A stretch of DNA of 64,000 bases from Spirochaetaceae bacterium. Lineage in GTDB: Bacteria; Spirochaetota; Spirochaetia; DSM-27196; PWMO01. The position numbers and the translations under genes are program-made. The stretch spans positions 21,564-85,563 of the forward strand of contig REDW01000061.1 of the NCBI GenBank assembly GCA_007693325.1, read 5' to 3'. Shown one piece after another: positions 49,906 to 59,549 of this stretch (position 1 is the first letter of the stretch; each line of letters opens with the position of its first letter). The notes beneath the pieces are model-generated. The model was not told where the DNA came from, made no database searches, and saw only the letters and a program-made list of their open reading frames with translations.

Positions 49906-52900
49906 ATGAGCACTGTCCAAAAAACCGCTTTGAGTCTACTGCTCGCGGTGTTGGTGTTCACAGGCTTCGCGATCGCCGCCTTTTCCGGGCTGTTCGATTA
50001 TATTGAGGCGACATTCTACGATCCTCGGGTAAGATCGGGTGTGCACGAGACCCTCGCGCAGGCCGAAGAGACCGTATCGCTCTACCATGAAACCACTTTA
50101 GACCGATTCGGGGCATCGCTTAACGAACCCGCTGTTCAGAACATCTTCCGCGTCAATCAAAGCGCCGAGGACATCGCGTGGCGCGAAAACTACTTCTCCG
50201 AGCTAGAAGAGCGTAAACCGGCTTTTGCGTTTGTACGCTTCATCGACATCGAGGGGGAACGGCTCTGGTACAGTTCGCGCGAGGCCGACATCCTGCGGCA
50301 GGACGCTACCAGCCGGGTCTACCGTCCGCTGATCGAAATCGAAGAAGAAGCAGCGGTAGGGCGCTATCTGCTGTCCCCCGGCGCCAACGAGCGTGACTGG
50401 GTTGTAGAAGCGGATAACAACCAGTTTATCTACCGTTACGTGGTGCGTGATGGCTTCGATATACCGCGCGGCACGGCGCTATTCTACGTTGACCCGTCAG
50501 GAGTGCGAAACGCACTTATCCGTAGTGGAGTGATCGGTGGAGGCAACGTTGTGCGGCTGCTGGAAGACGGCATGCTACTCAATGCAACCGCTGCCGGTGC
50601 TCCGAGCATGGCTCGGCATCTCGAGGCCAACTGGGACCGGGTTGTCGATAGCACACAGCCAGCATTGGCCATTGAGGTGGCTGAAGAAACGCGCAGTCTG
50701 GTGTTTACGCGCCAGGTTAACGGAATGCATCTGGCGCTGCTGGTACCCGAGCGTGACTTCCAGATGACTACACCGATGCGAGTAGTGCTGCTGGTTGCCA
50801 GTTTCCTTACAACATTCCTGATTGTCTTCTTGCTGCTCAATCTGCGCCAGGACGCCGTCGTAGTCCTGTCCGAGCGCGTCAAACGGTTCCAGATCAACTT
50901 TTTGCGCGAGTACATGGAGAGCAAAGAAGAGCTCGATTGGGAGCGCTGGAGCAAAGAACTTGAGAGCCGACGCGAAGAGGTCCGGCGTGAGCTGAAGCGC
51001 GGTGTGCGGGGTGCAAAAGGCGCCAAAGAGCAGGAGCTCGATGAGCTCTTTGACAAGAGTTGGGACGAGATACTCAACGTGATTGGCGGCCGACGCCAGA
51101 TTTCCTCTGCCGGCAGCAACATTGATCTCGACCGCCTGGAATCAATCATCGAACGAATGGTGTCCAACCTCTCCCAGGGAGGATCAGAAAGCAGCCCCCC
51201 TGCGCCGGCACCCCAGCCGTCAGCCGGTGCCCAGCCGTCAGCCGGTGATAGGGGCGGGCAAGCCGGCCACCCAGGCGAGCAGACGCAAGCGTCGCCGGTA
51301 ACCGTGGAGTCAGTCGAGGAGGCCGACGATGCGGAGGAGATTGAAGAGCTCGATGAACTCGATGAGGCAGATGAAGCCACGCAAGCCGATAGTGAGTCCC
51401 TAGCAGCCCCCGCCGATGACACCGCAGACCGCCGGCAAACCGAGGAGCTCGAAGAGCTTGACGAGCTCGAAGAAGCCGATAGCGAGACTGCCGCTGCAGC
51501 GGCCGAGACAGAGACGCTCGCGCAGCTTGAAGGAGCGGAACACGCCGAAGCGGACGATCAAGCCGAGGAACTCGGGATGCTGGAAGAGGCCGAAGAGCTT
51601 GAAGAAGCGGAACAAGCCGAACCAGCAGAGGGCCCGATTGAGGCGGTTGGCGAATACGCAGCGGCAGACCAGGACGACTGGGAAGAGATCGAAGAGCTTG
51701 CAGCGGTTGAAGAACTGGAGGAGGCCGAGGAGACCGACGCTGATAGTGAGACCGGCGGGCCGGATGCTGAATCTGTTCCCACCTCACGCCCCCAGTTCGG
51801 AATCGAAGAGACCGACAGCATCCTCGAAGCTTCGCTGGCCGACGAAATCGTTGGTGATCTGGATTCCGAGGAGTCCGCTTCATTTGCAGGCGACCCGTGG
51901 TCTGACGGTGACGAAAGCCAGCTCGATGTGTCAGATGTAGCAGACCTTGACCAGCCGGACGGCCAATCGCTATGGGGTGTTCTGGACTCGGTCAAAGAGG
52001 ACTGGGAGCTGCCCGCTGCGCAGCAGGCCGACTATCAACACAGCGATTCAGAAGACGTTCAAGGGCTTGAAGTGGTACAGGAGCAGGCGAGCGACCACGC
52101 CAGCGAATTTGTCGAGCTGGATGAGCTGGACGAGGCGGACGAGCTGGACGAGATTGAACCAGCCTCTGAGGTTGAAGCACTCGGAGAAGCCGACGAGGAG
52201 TTGCCGTCGTTAGAGGCAGCAGAGGATGCGCAGGCAGAAGCGGACGACCTGAGCAGCACGGATATCAGCACCATCTACGGCGGGTTCACTTTTGGGCTCT
52301 TTGGGTTTGATGCACCGTCAAAGGAAGCTTCTCCAATCGACAGCGAGACGGATAGTGTCGCGGGGGCCGAGGAGCTGATTGGCTCGTTGGAGGAGCTTGA
52401 CGAGCTCGAGGAGATTGAAGAGGGCGAGGACCTGGTTGAGGCCGGCGCGCTGCAAGAGGCTGATGAACCGCTCGATCTCGAGGAAGTTGATGACCTGGAA
52501 GAGGCCGAAGAGCTGGAAGACTTTGAAGAGCTGGAAGAGCTGGAAGAGGCCGATGAGGTTGTCAGTGGGCAGCAAGACGCGGTCTCCGGCCACAGTGCCG
52601 TGGAAGGGACAACTTCTCCGCGCGTCACAAGCGCCGGTGGCAATGTTGAGGCTTTCGCCGAGCTTGAACTGGGCGAGGATTATCAAATTCTGGAGATTGA
52701 TCAGGCGCTTCAGTATCTTGGTGAGAAGCGCGAGCTGATCGAGGAGAGCGGTGGGGTATACCAGATCAGCGGCGGTGCCTACGAATTACCCGGGACCGAG
52801 TCCAGCGACGAAGTGAGAGGACTGATCGATCAGGTTGTAGGTCAAGCCGACGATGACGTAGTAGAAGAAGGTATCGACGACATACTCTCGGGTGGAGCAG

Positions 52901-53451
52901 GGCTGGAACTCTACGCTATTGGAGAGCGGATTGAAGGCAGAACCGAATCAGGCAGTAGCGCTGAACTCGAAAGCAAGCAGAGGGGCCCTGCGTTCAGTAG
53001 CCGCGGTCTGGATTATGACCGCTTCTTGTCACGATACAAGCGCAACGAAGGTGGTCTATTCAAGTCCTTGATAGATTTCACGCGGATCTGGAACGCCAAG
53101 TTCAGTGCTATTCTGGTAGTAAAGGACGGCGAGTATCAGGTTGAGTATATGCTTGGACTGGAAGACCCGTGTCTCAACTTCTTGAGAATAGGTGAAGACT
53201 CGTCACTGTACAACGTGGTATTCGCCAGGCGCAGAATTTTGTTCTTGACGCGTACGCTGCAGCACTACAAAGAGCTGCAGATCGGCTGCACCGAAAGAGA
53301 ATTCGAGTATATTGGCTGTACGGTGTTCATCCCGGTGGTCTTCCGGGGTGCAGATGCCTACCTTCTGCTTGGACTGGGCGACCAGAGACCAACTACTGAG
53401 TCTGTGCTCGACGCGCTGAGCGCACAGGCGCGCCAGACCGCTGCGGTGTGA
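49906..53451 (+). CDS. large two-TM protein with poly-acidic repeat region and C-terminal GAF-like module; function unknown
   Basis: 1181-aa ORF. Hydrophobic helices at about residues 8-28 and 291-313. D/E-rich repeats at about residues 466-890. Non-acidic C-terminal domain at about residues 1035-1160. No family recognised. Confidence 0.7.
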   Translation: MSTVQKTALSLLLAVLVFTGFAIAAFSGLFDYIEATFYDPRVRSGVHETLAQAEETVSLYHETTLDRFGASLNEPAVQNIFRVNQSAEDIAWRENYFSELEERKPAFAFVRFIDIEGERLWYSSREADILRQDATSRVYRPLIEIEEEAAVGRYLLSPGANERDWVVEADNNQFIYRYVVRDGFDIPRGTALFYVDPSGVRNALIRSGVIGGGNVVRLLEDGMLLNATAAGAPSMARHLEANWDRVVDSTQPALAIEVAEETRSLVFTRQVNGMHLALLVPERDFQMTTPMRVVLLVASFLTTFLIVFLLLNLRQDAVVVLSERVKRFQINFLREYMESKEELDWERWSKELESRREEVRRELKRGVRGAKGAKEQELDELFDKSWDEILNVIGGRRQISSAGSNIDLDRLESIIERMVSNLSQGGSESSPPAPAPQPSAGAQPSAGDRGGQAGHPGEQTQASPVTVESVEEADDAEEIEELDELDEADEATQADSESLAAPADDTADRRQTEELEELDELEEADSETAAAAAETETLAQLEGAEHAEADDQAEELGMLEEAEELEEAEQAEPAEGPIEAVGEYAAADQDDWEEIEELAAVEELEEAEETDADSETGGPDAESVPTSRPQFGIEETDSILEASLADEIVGDLDSEESASFAGDPWSDGDESQLDVSDVADLDQPDGQSLWGVLDSVKEDWELPAAQQADYQHSDSEDVQGLEVVQEQASDHASEFVELDELDEADELDEIEPASEVEALGEADEELPSLEAAEDAQAEADDLSSTDISTIYGGFTFGLFGFDAPSKEASPIDSETDSVAGAEELIGSLEELDELEEIEEGEDLVEAGALQEADEPLDLEEVDDLEEAEELEDFEELEELEEADEVVSGQQDAVSGHSAVEGTTSPRVTSAGGNVEAFAELELGEDYQILEIDQALQYLGEKRELIEESGGVYQISGGAYELPGTESSDEVRGLIDQVVGQADDDVVEEGIDDILSGGAGLELYAIGERIEGRTESGSSAELESKQRGPAFSSRGLDYDRFLSRYKRNEGGLFKSLIDFTRIWNAKFSAILVVKDGEYQVEYMLGLEDPCLNFLRIGEDSSLYNVVFARRRILFLTRTLQHYKELQIGCTEREFEYIGCTVFIPVVFRGADAYLLLGLGDQRPTTESVLDALSAQARQTAAV
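51301..52575 (+). repeat. in-frame acidic low-complexity repeat (EELEE / DELDEADE units) within the 1181-aa ORF
   Basis: Iterated GAA/GAG/GAC/CTN codon runs. An exact 17-nt repeat gagcttgacgagctcga occurs at 51454..51470 and 52393..52409. The composition produces long spurious ORFs in other frames. Confidence 0.75.
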
Positions 53452-53617
53452 GTGATTATTGGTCAGCCGGGCCTGAATCTGAGCGTACGGACATTAAGGA
53501 CGGTTCGATTCCAAATTCATTCTTTACTGCACTACAAGCCTATAGAATACGCGTTACTGCTGTCAACGCAGCGCGCGGTGCCTCGAATCTGGCTCGGGCC
53601 CAGGAGATATCCGGCGT

Positions 53618-54079
53618 ATGAAGCAGTTAGAGATTTACACAGATGGCGGTTGCCACGGTAACCCCGGACCCGGCGGGTGGGCCTTTGTGATCGAACTCGA
53701 CGGCGAAATGCACGAGCGCAGTGGCCGCGAAGAGGCCACCACCAACAACCGAATGGAACTCACTGCAGTCATAGAAGCGCTCAAGACTGTGCGCAGCAAG
53801 TATGGAGACAAGGTCAAATCAATCTCGATTGTCACCGATTCGCAATACGTCCGTGGCGGTATTAGCGACTGGATGACGCGCTGGCTGCGTAACGGGTGGA
53901 AGACCAGCGCCGGTAAGCCGGTCAAGAATCAAGATCTGTGGCAGGAACTGCAACAGCTAAGCCACGGGTTGGACATCTCCTGGAACTGGGTGCGTGGGCA
54001 TTCCGGTGATCGTCGTAATGAGCTGTGCGACACGCTGGTGCAACAAGCGATCCTTGGTGACTGCCACGAAGCGTGGTGA
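53618..54079 (+). CDS. rnhA: ribonuclease HI
   Basis: IYTDGGCHGNPGPGGWAFV...TNNRMELTAVIEAL...TDSQYV..GI..W...W..NGWKT..GKPVKN.DLW..L......W.WV.GHSG...NE.CD. Confidence 0.92.
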   Translation: MKQLEIYTDGGCHGNPGPGGWAFVIELDGEMHERSGREEATTNNRMELTAVIEALKTVRSKYGDKVKSISIVTDSQYVRGGISDWMTRWLRNGWKTSAGKPVKNQDLWQELQQLSHGLDISWNWVRGHSGDRRNELCDTLVQQAILGDCHEAW

Positions 54080-54198
54080 TTGCACCAGGCTTTGTGGCAG
54101 TTATCAAAGTTTGAATGGTTGTAGTTATCATCGATTTGTTTACCCAGCCTTGAATCAGCAGCCCGCTATCGTGTGTGTATGGAGGCATGGAGGAGTGC

Positions 54199-55782
54199 AT
54201 GCACATCTATACCTACGTTGCCGCCGGTTACACCGGGCACATAGTAGCGGTGGAAGTCGATATACGGCGCGGTATTCCCGGTACCGATATAGTCGGTCTG
54301 GCCGGCAGCGCCGTTCGCGAGGCCAGAGAGCGGGTGCGGGTTGCGGTACGTCGATCCGGATTGTACTACCCGCGCGATCGCGTGGTAGTCAACCTGTCTC
54401 CCGCCGGCGTCCCCAAGAGTGGTGCCGGACTCGATCTGGCAATCGCTATGGCTGTGCTTATCGCTGCCGGCCAACTGTCTGCAAGCGACCCTCAGGCTAT
54501 ACTGGTTCTAGGTGAGCTTCGGCTTGACGGCCGGGTCAGACCGGTCTCCGGTGTGCTTGCGGCGGTTAGCGAGGCGGCACGCCTGGGAATCAGACGCTAC
54601 CTGGTGCCCGCCGCCAACGTCGCCGAAGCGCTTGCGCTGAACAGCGGTACAGCCCTGCCGGTAGCGTCGCTCGCGGAGGCGGCAAACGCGGTTCAAACCG
54701 GCCACACTTCCGCGGCCCGGCCGACCGGTCATGGCGCTGTGGACCAGCAAGGTCATCACTACGACGCCAACATTGCCGGTGGCGATTTCCGTTATTACTA
54801 CGGTGCTCCGCTTATTGTTCGAGCAATGGAAATTGCCGCTGCCGGACGCCACAACCTGCTGCTGGTGGGCCCTCCAGGCTCGGGCAAGACCCTGGCCGCA
54901 CGGTCTATGCCTTCGATCCTGGCACCGCTGGGCGGCATGGAAGCGGTAGAGGCTACCCGAATACACTCCTTGGCCGGTGCACTGACGGCGGGCACCGGGC
55001 TTCTGCGCTGCCCGCCGTTTCGTTCTCCGCACCACACCTCGTCAACCGAAGGCATGATTGGCGGCGGAGTGGTTCCTCGCCCTGGCGAGGTCTCGCTGGC
55101 GCATCATGGTGTGCTTTTCCTGGATGAGGCGTTGCAGTTCAGAAGACCGGTGCTGCAGAGCCTGCGTGAACCGATGGAATCTACGCGCATCAATCTTGCG
55201 CGCGCCACCGGCAACTACTGGTTTCCCGCCGACTTCCAGCTCGTTCTGGCGTGTAACCCATGCCCGTGCGGGAACCTTGGCCGCCAGGGCCATCACTGCC
55301 TGTGCAGCCAGGCGGAGGTAGATCGCTACTGGCGCGGCCTGAGCGGGCCGGTTCTGGACCGGGTCGAGCTGCGTGTTGCAGCCGCAGCCTTTGCCGGATC
55401 GCTGTTGACCGGCGGTCAGGGTGAAAGCAGCCGCAGCATCCGCTCACGGGTAGTCGCGGCGGTGGAAACGCAGACGCAGCGCTATCGCAACAGCCAGTAC
55501 AGCCGTAACGCGCGCCTGCACTCGCACGAGATTGCCGCAATGGTGCACGCCACAGACCAGGCACAGCAGGCGTTGTTGGCGGCGGTGAAGACGCTGTGTC
55601 TCTCAAACCGAGCGCAGTACGCGATTCTTCGCGTTGCGCGGACTATCGCGGATCTGGAGGGCGCCGCCAGCGTCGGTAAGTACCATCTGCTGGAAGCGGT
55701 TCAGTATCGCAGGCTCGGCGATAATGGCCCGATTGCATCCTTTGACGCGCACCCCGCATCGAGCCTCGCCCCGGCGCACTAG
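54199..55782 (+). CDS. comM: YifB/ComM-family Mg-chelatase-like ATPase
   Basis: N-terminal Lon-protease-like domain (VEVDIRRGIPGTDIVGLAGSAVREARERV). Walker A LLLVGPPGSGKT, then GVLFLDE. Start at ATG 54199 after GGAGGAG; the track ORF opens at 54175. Confidence 0.88.
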   Translation: MHIYTYVAAGYTGHIVAVEVDIRRGIPGTDIVGLAGSAVREARERVRVAVRRSGLYYPRDRVVVNLSPAGVPKSGAGLDLAIAMAVLIAAGQLSASDPQAILVLGELRLDGRVRPVSGVLAAVSEAARLGIRRYLVPAANVAEALALNSGTALPVASLAEAANAVQTGHTSAARPTGHGAVDQQGHHYDANIAGGDFRYYYGAPLIVRAMEIAAAGRHNLLLVGPPGSGKTLAARSMPSILAPLGGMEAVEATRIHSLAGALTAGTGLLRCPPFRSPHHTSSTEGMIGGGVVPRPGEVSLAHHGVLFLDEALQFRRPVLQSLREPMESTRINLARATGNYWFPADFQLVLACNPCPCGNLGRQGHHCLCSQAEVDRYWRGLSGPVLDRVELRVAAAAFAGSLLTGGQGESSRSIRSRVVAAVETQTQRYRNSQYSRNARLHSHEIAAMVHATDQAQQALLAAVKTLCLSNRAQYAILRVARTIADLEGAASVGKYHLLEAVQYRRLGDNGPIASFDAHPASSLAPAH

Positions 55783-55842
55783 CAGCGCCATCAGGACGCC
55801 GGCCGACGGGGCGGCTTGCTGCACATCCGCAGAAGACCCGTG

Positions 55843-55871
55843 TTGGCAAGTAGCGGTGCATTCAGTATGAT
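55843..55871 (+). promoter_or_regulatory. sigma70-like promoter TTGGCA-N17-TATGAT upstream of htrA
   Basis: Hexamers at 55843..55848 and 55866..55871. Confidence 0.5.
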
Positions 55872-55892
55872 GTTGCTCTGGGGGGGGTGGTC

Positions 55893-57122
55893 ATGAGACT
55901 GTACAGCCGACGCCAACTGATATCTGTAGCGTTTTCGAGTGCGGTGCTGGTGTTGCTGCTCGCTATCGGGTTTGGCGTGATTCGTGTGCTTCCGGGAACA
56001 GCCGCGAAACCCGGTGCGCAGCAGGTTTCGCGCTCCGAACCGTTTGCGCTGCAGACCAATCATGTTCGCTCGGATGAGGTGCTGACCGCGCGCAGTGGTA
56101 ACGGGCTTTCCGAGTCTGAGCTCGAGAATATCCGTATCTACGAGAACCGTAACCAGGCAGTGGTCAACGTTTCAACCGAAACTGTTTCCTACAACTGGTT
56201 TCTCGAGCCGGTCCCACGGCCGGGAACCTCAGGATCAGGCTCGATTATCGATAACCGCGGCTACATCCTGACCAATGCGCACGTAGTGGAGCGCGCGTTC
56301 AAGGTCCACGTCACGCTGGCCGACGGAGACCGCTACGACGGAGAAGTAGTAGGTGTGGATCCGGAGAACGATCTGGCGGTGGTGCGCTTTGATCCGCAAG
56401 GCCGTGACCTGGTTACTATTCCTATGGGTACATCCGAAGATCTGCGAGTAGGCCAGAAAGTGCTGGCAATCGGCAATCCGTTTGCACTGGACCGTACGCT
56501 TACGGTTGGCATCGTCAGTGGGCTTGGTCGTCCGGTGCGCACCAGTAATGACCTGGTTATCCGCGACATGATCCAGACCGATGCGTCGATCAATCCCGGC
56601 AATTCCGGAGGACCGCTGCTGGACGCCGGCGGCCGCATGATCGGTATCAACACGGTGATCTATTCGCCTTCGGGAGGATCGATCGGAATCGGATTTGCGG
56701 TACCGGTTGATACCGCGCGCCGCGTGGTCCCGGACCTGATCGAGTTCGGGGCGGTACGCCGTGGCTGGATCGATATCGTGCCGCGGCAGCTGTTTCCGCA
56801 GCTGGTGCAGTACGCCGAGCTACCGGTTGAAGAGGGGATCCTGATTTCACAGGTAGTTTCCGGTGGCAACGCGGAGGCCGCCGGACTGCGTGGTGGGCGC
56901 CGTAACCAGGCGGTGCGCTACGGCAGTACCGTGATCTACCTCGGTGGTGACATCATCACCAGAGTTGACGGCGTGGCCACTCGTTCGCTCGCCAACCTCT
57001 ACGAGGCGCTGGAGGACAAGCGCCCCGGTGATGAGGTGCGCGTAGTCTACCTGCGCGGCGGTGCGCAGCGCGAGACAACGGTGGTGCTCGCAAAGAGACC
57101 GGAACAGTTTCAGTGGGAGTAG
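55893..57122 (+). CDS. htrA: HtrA/DegP-family serine protease with PDZ domain
   Basis: N-terminal TM, GSGSIID.RGYILTNAHVV, D.AVV and GNSGGPLLD catalytic triad context, C-terminal PDZ. Start ATG 55893 (GTG 55887 is an alternative). Confidence 0.9.
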   Translation: MRLYSRRQLISVAFSSAVLVLLLAIGFGVIRVLPGTAAKPGAQQVSRSEPFALQTNHVRSDEVLTARSGNGLSESELENIRIYENRNQAVVNVSTETVSYNWFLEPVPRPGTSGSGSIIDNRGYILTNAHVVERAFKVHVTLADGDRYDGEVVGVDPENDLAVVRFDPQGRDLVTIPMGTSEDLRVGQKVLAIGNPFALDRTLTVGIVSGLGRPVRTSNDLVIRDMIQTDASINPGNSGGPLLDAGGRMIGINTVIYSPSGGSIGIGFAVPVDTARRVVPDLIEFGAVRRGWIDIVPRQLFPQLVQYAELPVEEGILISQVVSGGNAEAAGLRGGRRNQAVRYGSTVIYLGGDIITRVDGVATRSLANLYEALEDKRPGDEVRVVYLRGGAQRETTVVLAKRPEQFQWE

Positions 57123-57159
57123 TCTTGAAACCGCACTGCCAAAGCCAGGGTTGCAGCCG

Positions 57160-59148
57160 GTGAAGCGGTTTCGGATCGTCTCTTCCTACCAGCCTGCCGG
57201 AGACCAGGAACAGGCTATACGCAAACTCAGCCACGGTGTAGAGAGCGGCTGTCGATATCAAACCCTCAAGGGAGTCACCGGTTCAGGCAAGACCTACACC
57301 ATGGCCAAGATTATTGAGCAGGTTCAGCTGCCAACACTGGTGATCTCGCACAACAAGACCCTGGCCGCGCAGCTCTACCGCGAGTTCAAGGAGTTCTTCC
57401 CTGACAACGCGGTTGAGTACTTTGTATCGTACTACGACTACTATCAGCCTGAAGCCTACGTGGCCGCGCGTGACCTGTATATCGAGAAGGATTCGTCAAT
57501 CAACCAAGAGATCGACCGATTGCGACTGGCCGCTACCACCAATCTTTTTGAGCGTGGGGACGTTATCGTGGTTGCCACCGTCTCGTGCATCTACGGTCTG
57601 GGAAGTCCGACGGATTACCGCAGTATGCGCATCCGCCTCGATGCCGGTACCACCATCGATCTCAATGAGCTCAAACGGCGGCTGGTGAATCTGCAGTATG
57701 ATCGCAATGATGCCGTCCTGGGCCGCGGCACGTTTCGCATCCGAGGCGACGTTATCGAGATCTACCCGGCATACAGCGAACACGCAATTCGCGTTGAGCT
57801 TTCGTGGGACGAGATCGAGCGCATACGGCTGGTGCACCCGCTGAGCGGTGAAACCCTTGAGGAGCGCAGCGTGGCGGTCATTTACCCGGCAAAGCACTTT
57901 GTTACCGAAGAGAATCAGATTGCCGCAGCGGTGAGCAGGATTCGCAGCGAGCTGGAACAGCGTCATCAGGAGCTGCTCGAACAGCAGCGCCTGAGCGAAG
58001 CGCAGCGGCTGCGTACTCGCACACTGTACGACATCGAGATGTTGCAGGAAATGGGGCACTGTCCGGGCATAGAGAACTATTCGCGTCATCTCAGCGGACG
58101 CGCCGAAGGAGAGCGGCCGGCGGTCCTGCTCGACTACTTCCCGGATAGTTTCCTGACCTTTATAGACGAATCTCACGTAACGCTGTCTCAGATACGCGGT
58201 ATGTACGCCGGTGACCGCTCCAGAAAGCAGTCGCTGGTCGAGCACGGGTTCCGGCTCCCCTCGGCGCTGGATAACCGGCCGCTGGTGTTTGAGGAGTTTG
58301 AATCGCTGGTGAACCGTTCAATCTTCGTTACGGCTACCCCCGGCGACGAGGAACTGGGCAAGTCGCAGCAGCTGGTTGAGCAGATCATCCGGCCTACCGG
58401 TCTGCTCGACCCGCAGATCGAACTGCATCCGACTGAAGGTCAGATAGATCACCTCTACGGTGAGATCCAGCAGCGTATCGCAGCTCAGGAGCGCGTACTG
58501 ATTACTACGCTGACCAAGAAGATGGCCGAAGATCTCACCGCGTACCTGAGCGGCCTCGGCCTGAACGTCCGATACATCCATTCCGAAGTCGAGACCATTG
58601 AACGGGTGGAGCTTCTCACCGACTTGCGCCTGGGGCACTACGACGTGCTGGTCGGCATCAACCTGCTGCGTGAAGGTATCGATCTGCCCGAAGTTTCGCT
58701 GATTGCAATTCTGGACGCTGATAAGGTCGGTTTTCTGCGTTCGGCGCGTTCGTTGATCCAGATCATCGGACGCGCGGCGCGCAATCAGAACGGCAAGGTG
58801 ATAATGTATGCCGACAAGGTCAGCGAGGCAATGCGGCAGGCGATCGATGAAACCAACCGCCGCCGCGAGTTGCAGCACGAGTTCAACCGTAACAACGGCA
58901 TCACTCCGCGGACCATCGAGAAAGCAATTCAGAGCATTCTTGTACGCGAGAAACAGGAAAAGCAGAATAGCGAGAAGATGTCGATCGAAATCCTGAAGAG
59001 CAGTTTCAACCTGCTGGTCGCACGCGAACGCAAAGCGCTGCTCCGTGAGCTGGAGCGCATGATGCTGGAACACGCCAAAAACCTGGAGTTCGAGCAGGCC
59101 GCGCTGGTTCGCGACGAGATCGAGAGTCTCAAAGGGGGCCAGACGTGA
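57160..59148 (+). CDS. uvrB: excinuclease ABC subunit B
   Basis: KRFRIVSSYQPAGDQEQAI..L...........TL.GVTGSGKTYTMA parallels the E. coli UvrB N-terminus. C-terminal UVR motif (LEFEQAALVRDEIESL). Start GTG 57160; the track ORF opens at 57061, inside htrA. Confidence 0.93.
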   Translation: MKRFRIVSSYQPAGDQEQAIRKLSHGVESGCRYQTLKGVTGSGKTYTMAKIIEQVQLPTLVISHNKTLAAQLYREFKEFFPDNAVEYFVSYYDYYQPEAYVAARDLYIEKDSSINQEIDRLRLAATTNLFERGDVIVVATVSCIYGLGSPTDYRSMRIRLDAGTTIDLNELKRRLVNLQYDRNDAVLGRGTFRIRGDVIEIYPAYSEHAIRVELSWDEIERIRLVHPLSGETLEERSVAVIYPAKHFVTEENQIAAAVSRIRSELEQRHQELLEQQRLSEAQRLRTRTLYDIEMLQEMGHCPGIENYSRHLSGRAEGERPAVLLDYFPDSFLTFIDESHVTLSQIRGMYAGDRSRKQSLVEHGFRLPSALDNRPLVFEEFESLVNRSIFVTATPGDEELGKSQQLVEQIIRPTGLLDPQIELHPTEGQIDHLYGEIQQRIAAQERVLITTLTKKMAEDLTAYLSGLGLNVRYIHSEVETIERVELLTDLRLGHYDVLVGINLLREGIDLPEVSLIAILDADKVGFLRSARSLIQIIGRAARNQNGKVIMYADKVSEAMRQAIDETNRRRELQHEFNRNNGITPRTIEKAIQSILVREKQEKQNSEKMSIEILKSSFNLLVARERKALLRELERMMLEHAKNLEFEQAALVRDEIESLKGGQT

Positions 59149-59546
59149 GACCGAGGAAGGTCCGGATCGGCGCGCACGCGCTCGTGTTTGTAATCATCCT
59201 GCTGACAGGGCTGAGCGGCTGTTCTCGTGACGGCGCGTACGATGTTGAAATGCCGGCAACGCCGGTGATTACGTCGCGCGATTCGTGGGCCGTAGTACGC
59301 GGGGCCTACGTACGAATCCTGCAGGAGCCGCATGTGCAGGCTCCTATCCAGGGGCATGTTCGCCGCGGTGCTATCCTGCAGATTGAGAACCGAACTGCGC
59401 ATCTCGAAACCGTGGATGGTCAACAGGACCGCTGGCTGGAGGTGCACGGCGAAGACGTATCCGGCTGGATTTTTGGAGCCTACGTCGACAGCTACGCTAC
59501 AAGAGAGCTGGCCGAGACTGCAGCGCGCGCGCTGCGAGGTGAGTAA
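59145..59546 (+). CDS. lipoprotein with bacterial SH3-like domain
   Basis: Signal peptide with lipobox LLTGLSGC. SH3b-like pattern (AYVRIL.EP......G.V.RGAIL.I.......W.EV.GEDVSGWIFGAYV). GTGA overlap with the uvrB stop. Confidence 0.7.
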   Translation: MRPRKVRIGAHALVFVIILLTGLSGCSRDGAYDVEMPATPVITSRDSWAVVRGAYVRILQEPHVQAPIQGHVRRGAILQIENRTAHLETVDGQQDRWLEVHGEDVSGWIFGAYVDSYATRELAETAARALRGE

Positions 59547-59549
59547 CGG

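Noticed and set aside
51301-52575. Possible CRISPR-like or tandem non-coding repeat
   Set aside because: The repeat units are short, irregular and entirely in frame with a coding sequence. There is no repeat-spacer periodicity and no cas genes.
50484-52686. Several long ORFs in other frames and on the other strand across the acidic repeat (for example 50484..51422 -, 51146..51883 -, 51416..51940 +, 52275..52643 -)
   Set aside because: They are by-products of the GAR/GAY/CTN codon periodicity of the acidic repeat. Their translations are Ser/Arg/Pro low-complexity, and they are nested in a single uninterrupted 1181-aa frame.
53502-53512. GGTTCGATTCC, a tRNA T-loop-like motif in the spacer between the 1181-aa gene and rnhA
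   Set aside because: The flanking bases do not form a T stem: gacgg is followed after the loop by ccaaa. I could not build an acceptor, D or anticodon arm, so this is not a tRNA or tmRNA.
53452-53661. 69-aa ORF overlapping the rnhA start
   Set aside because: It has no SD and an implausible composition, and it overlaps the well-supported rnhA start.
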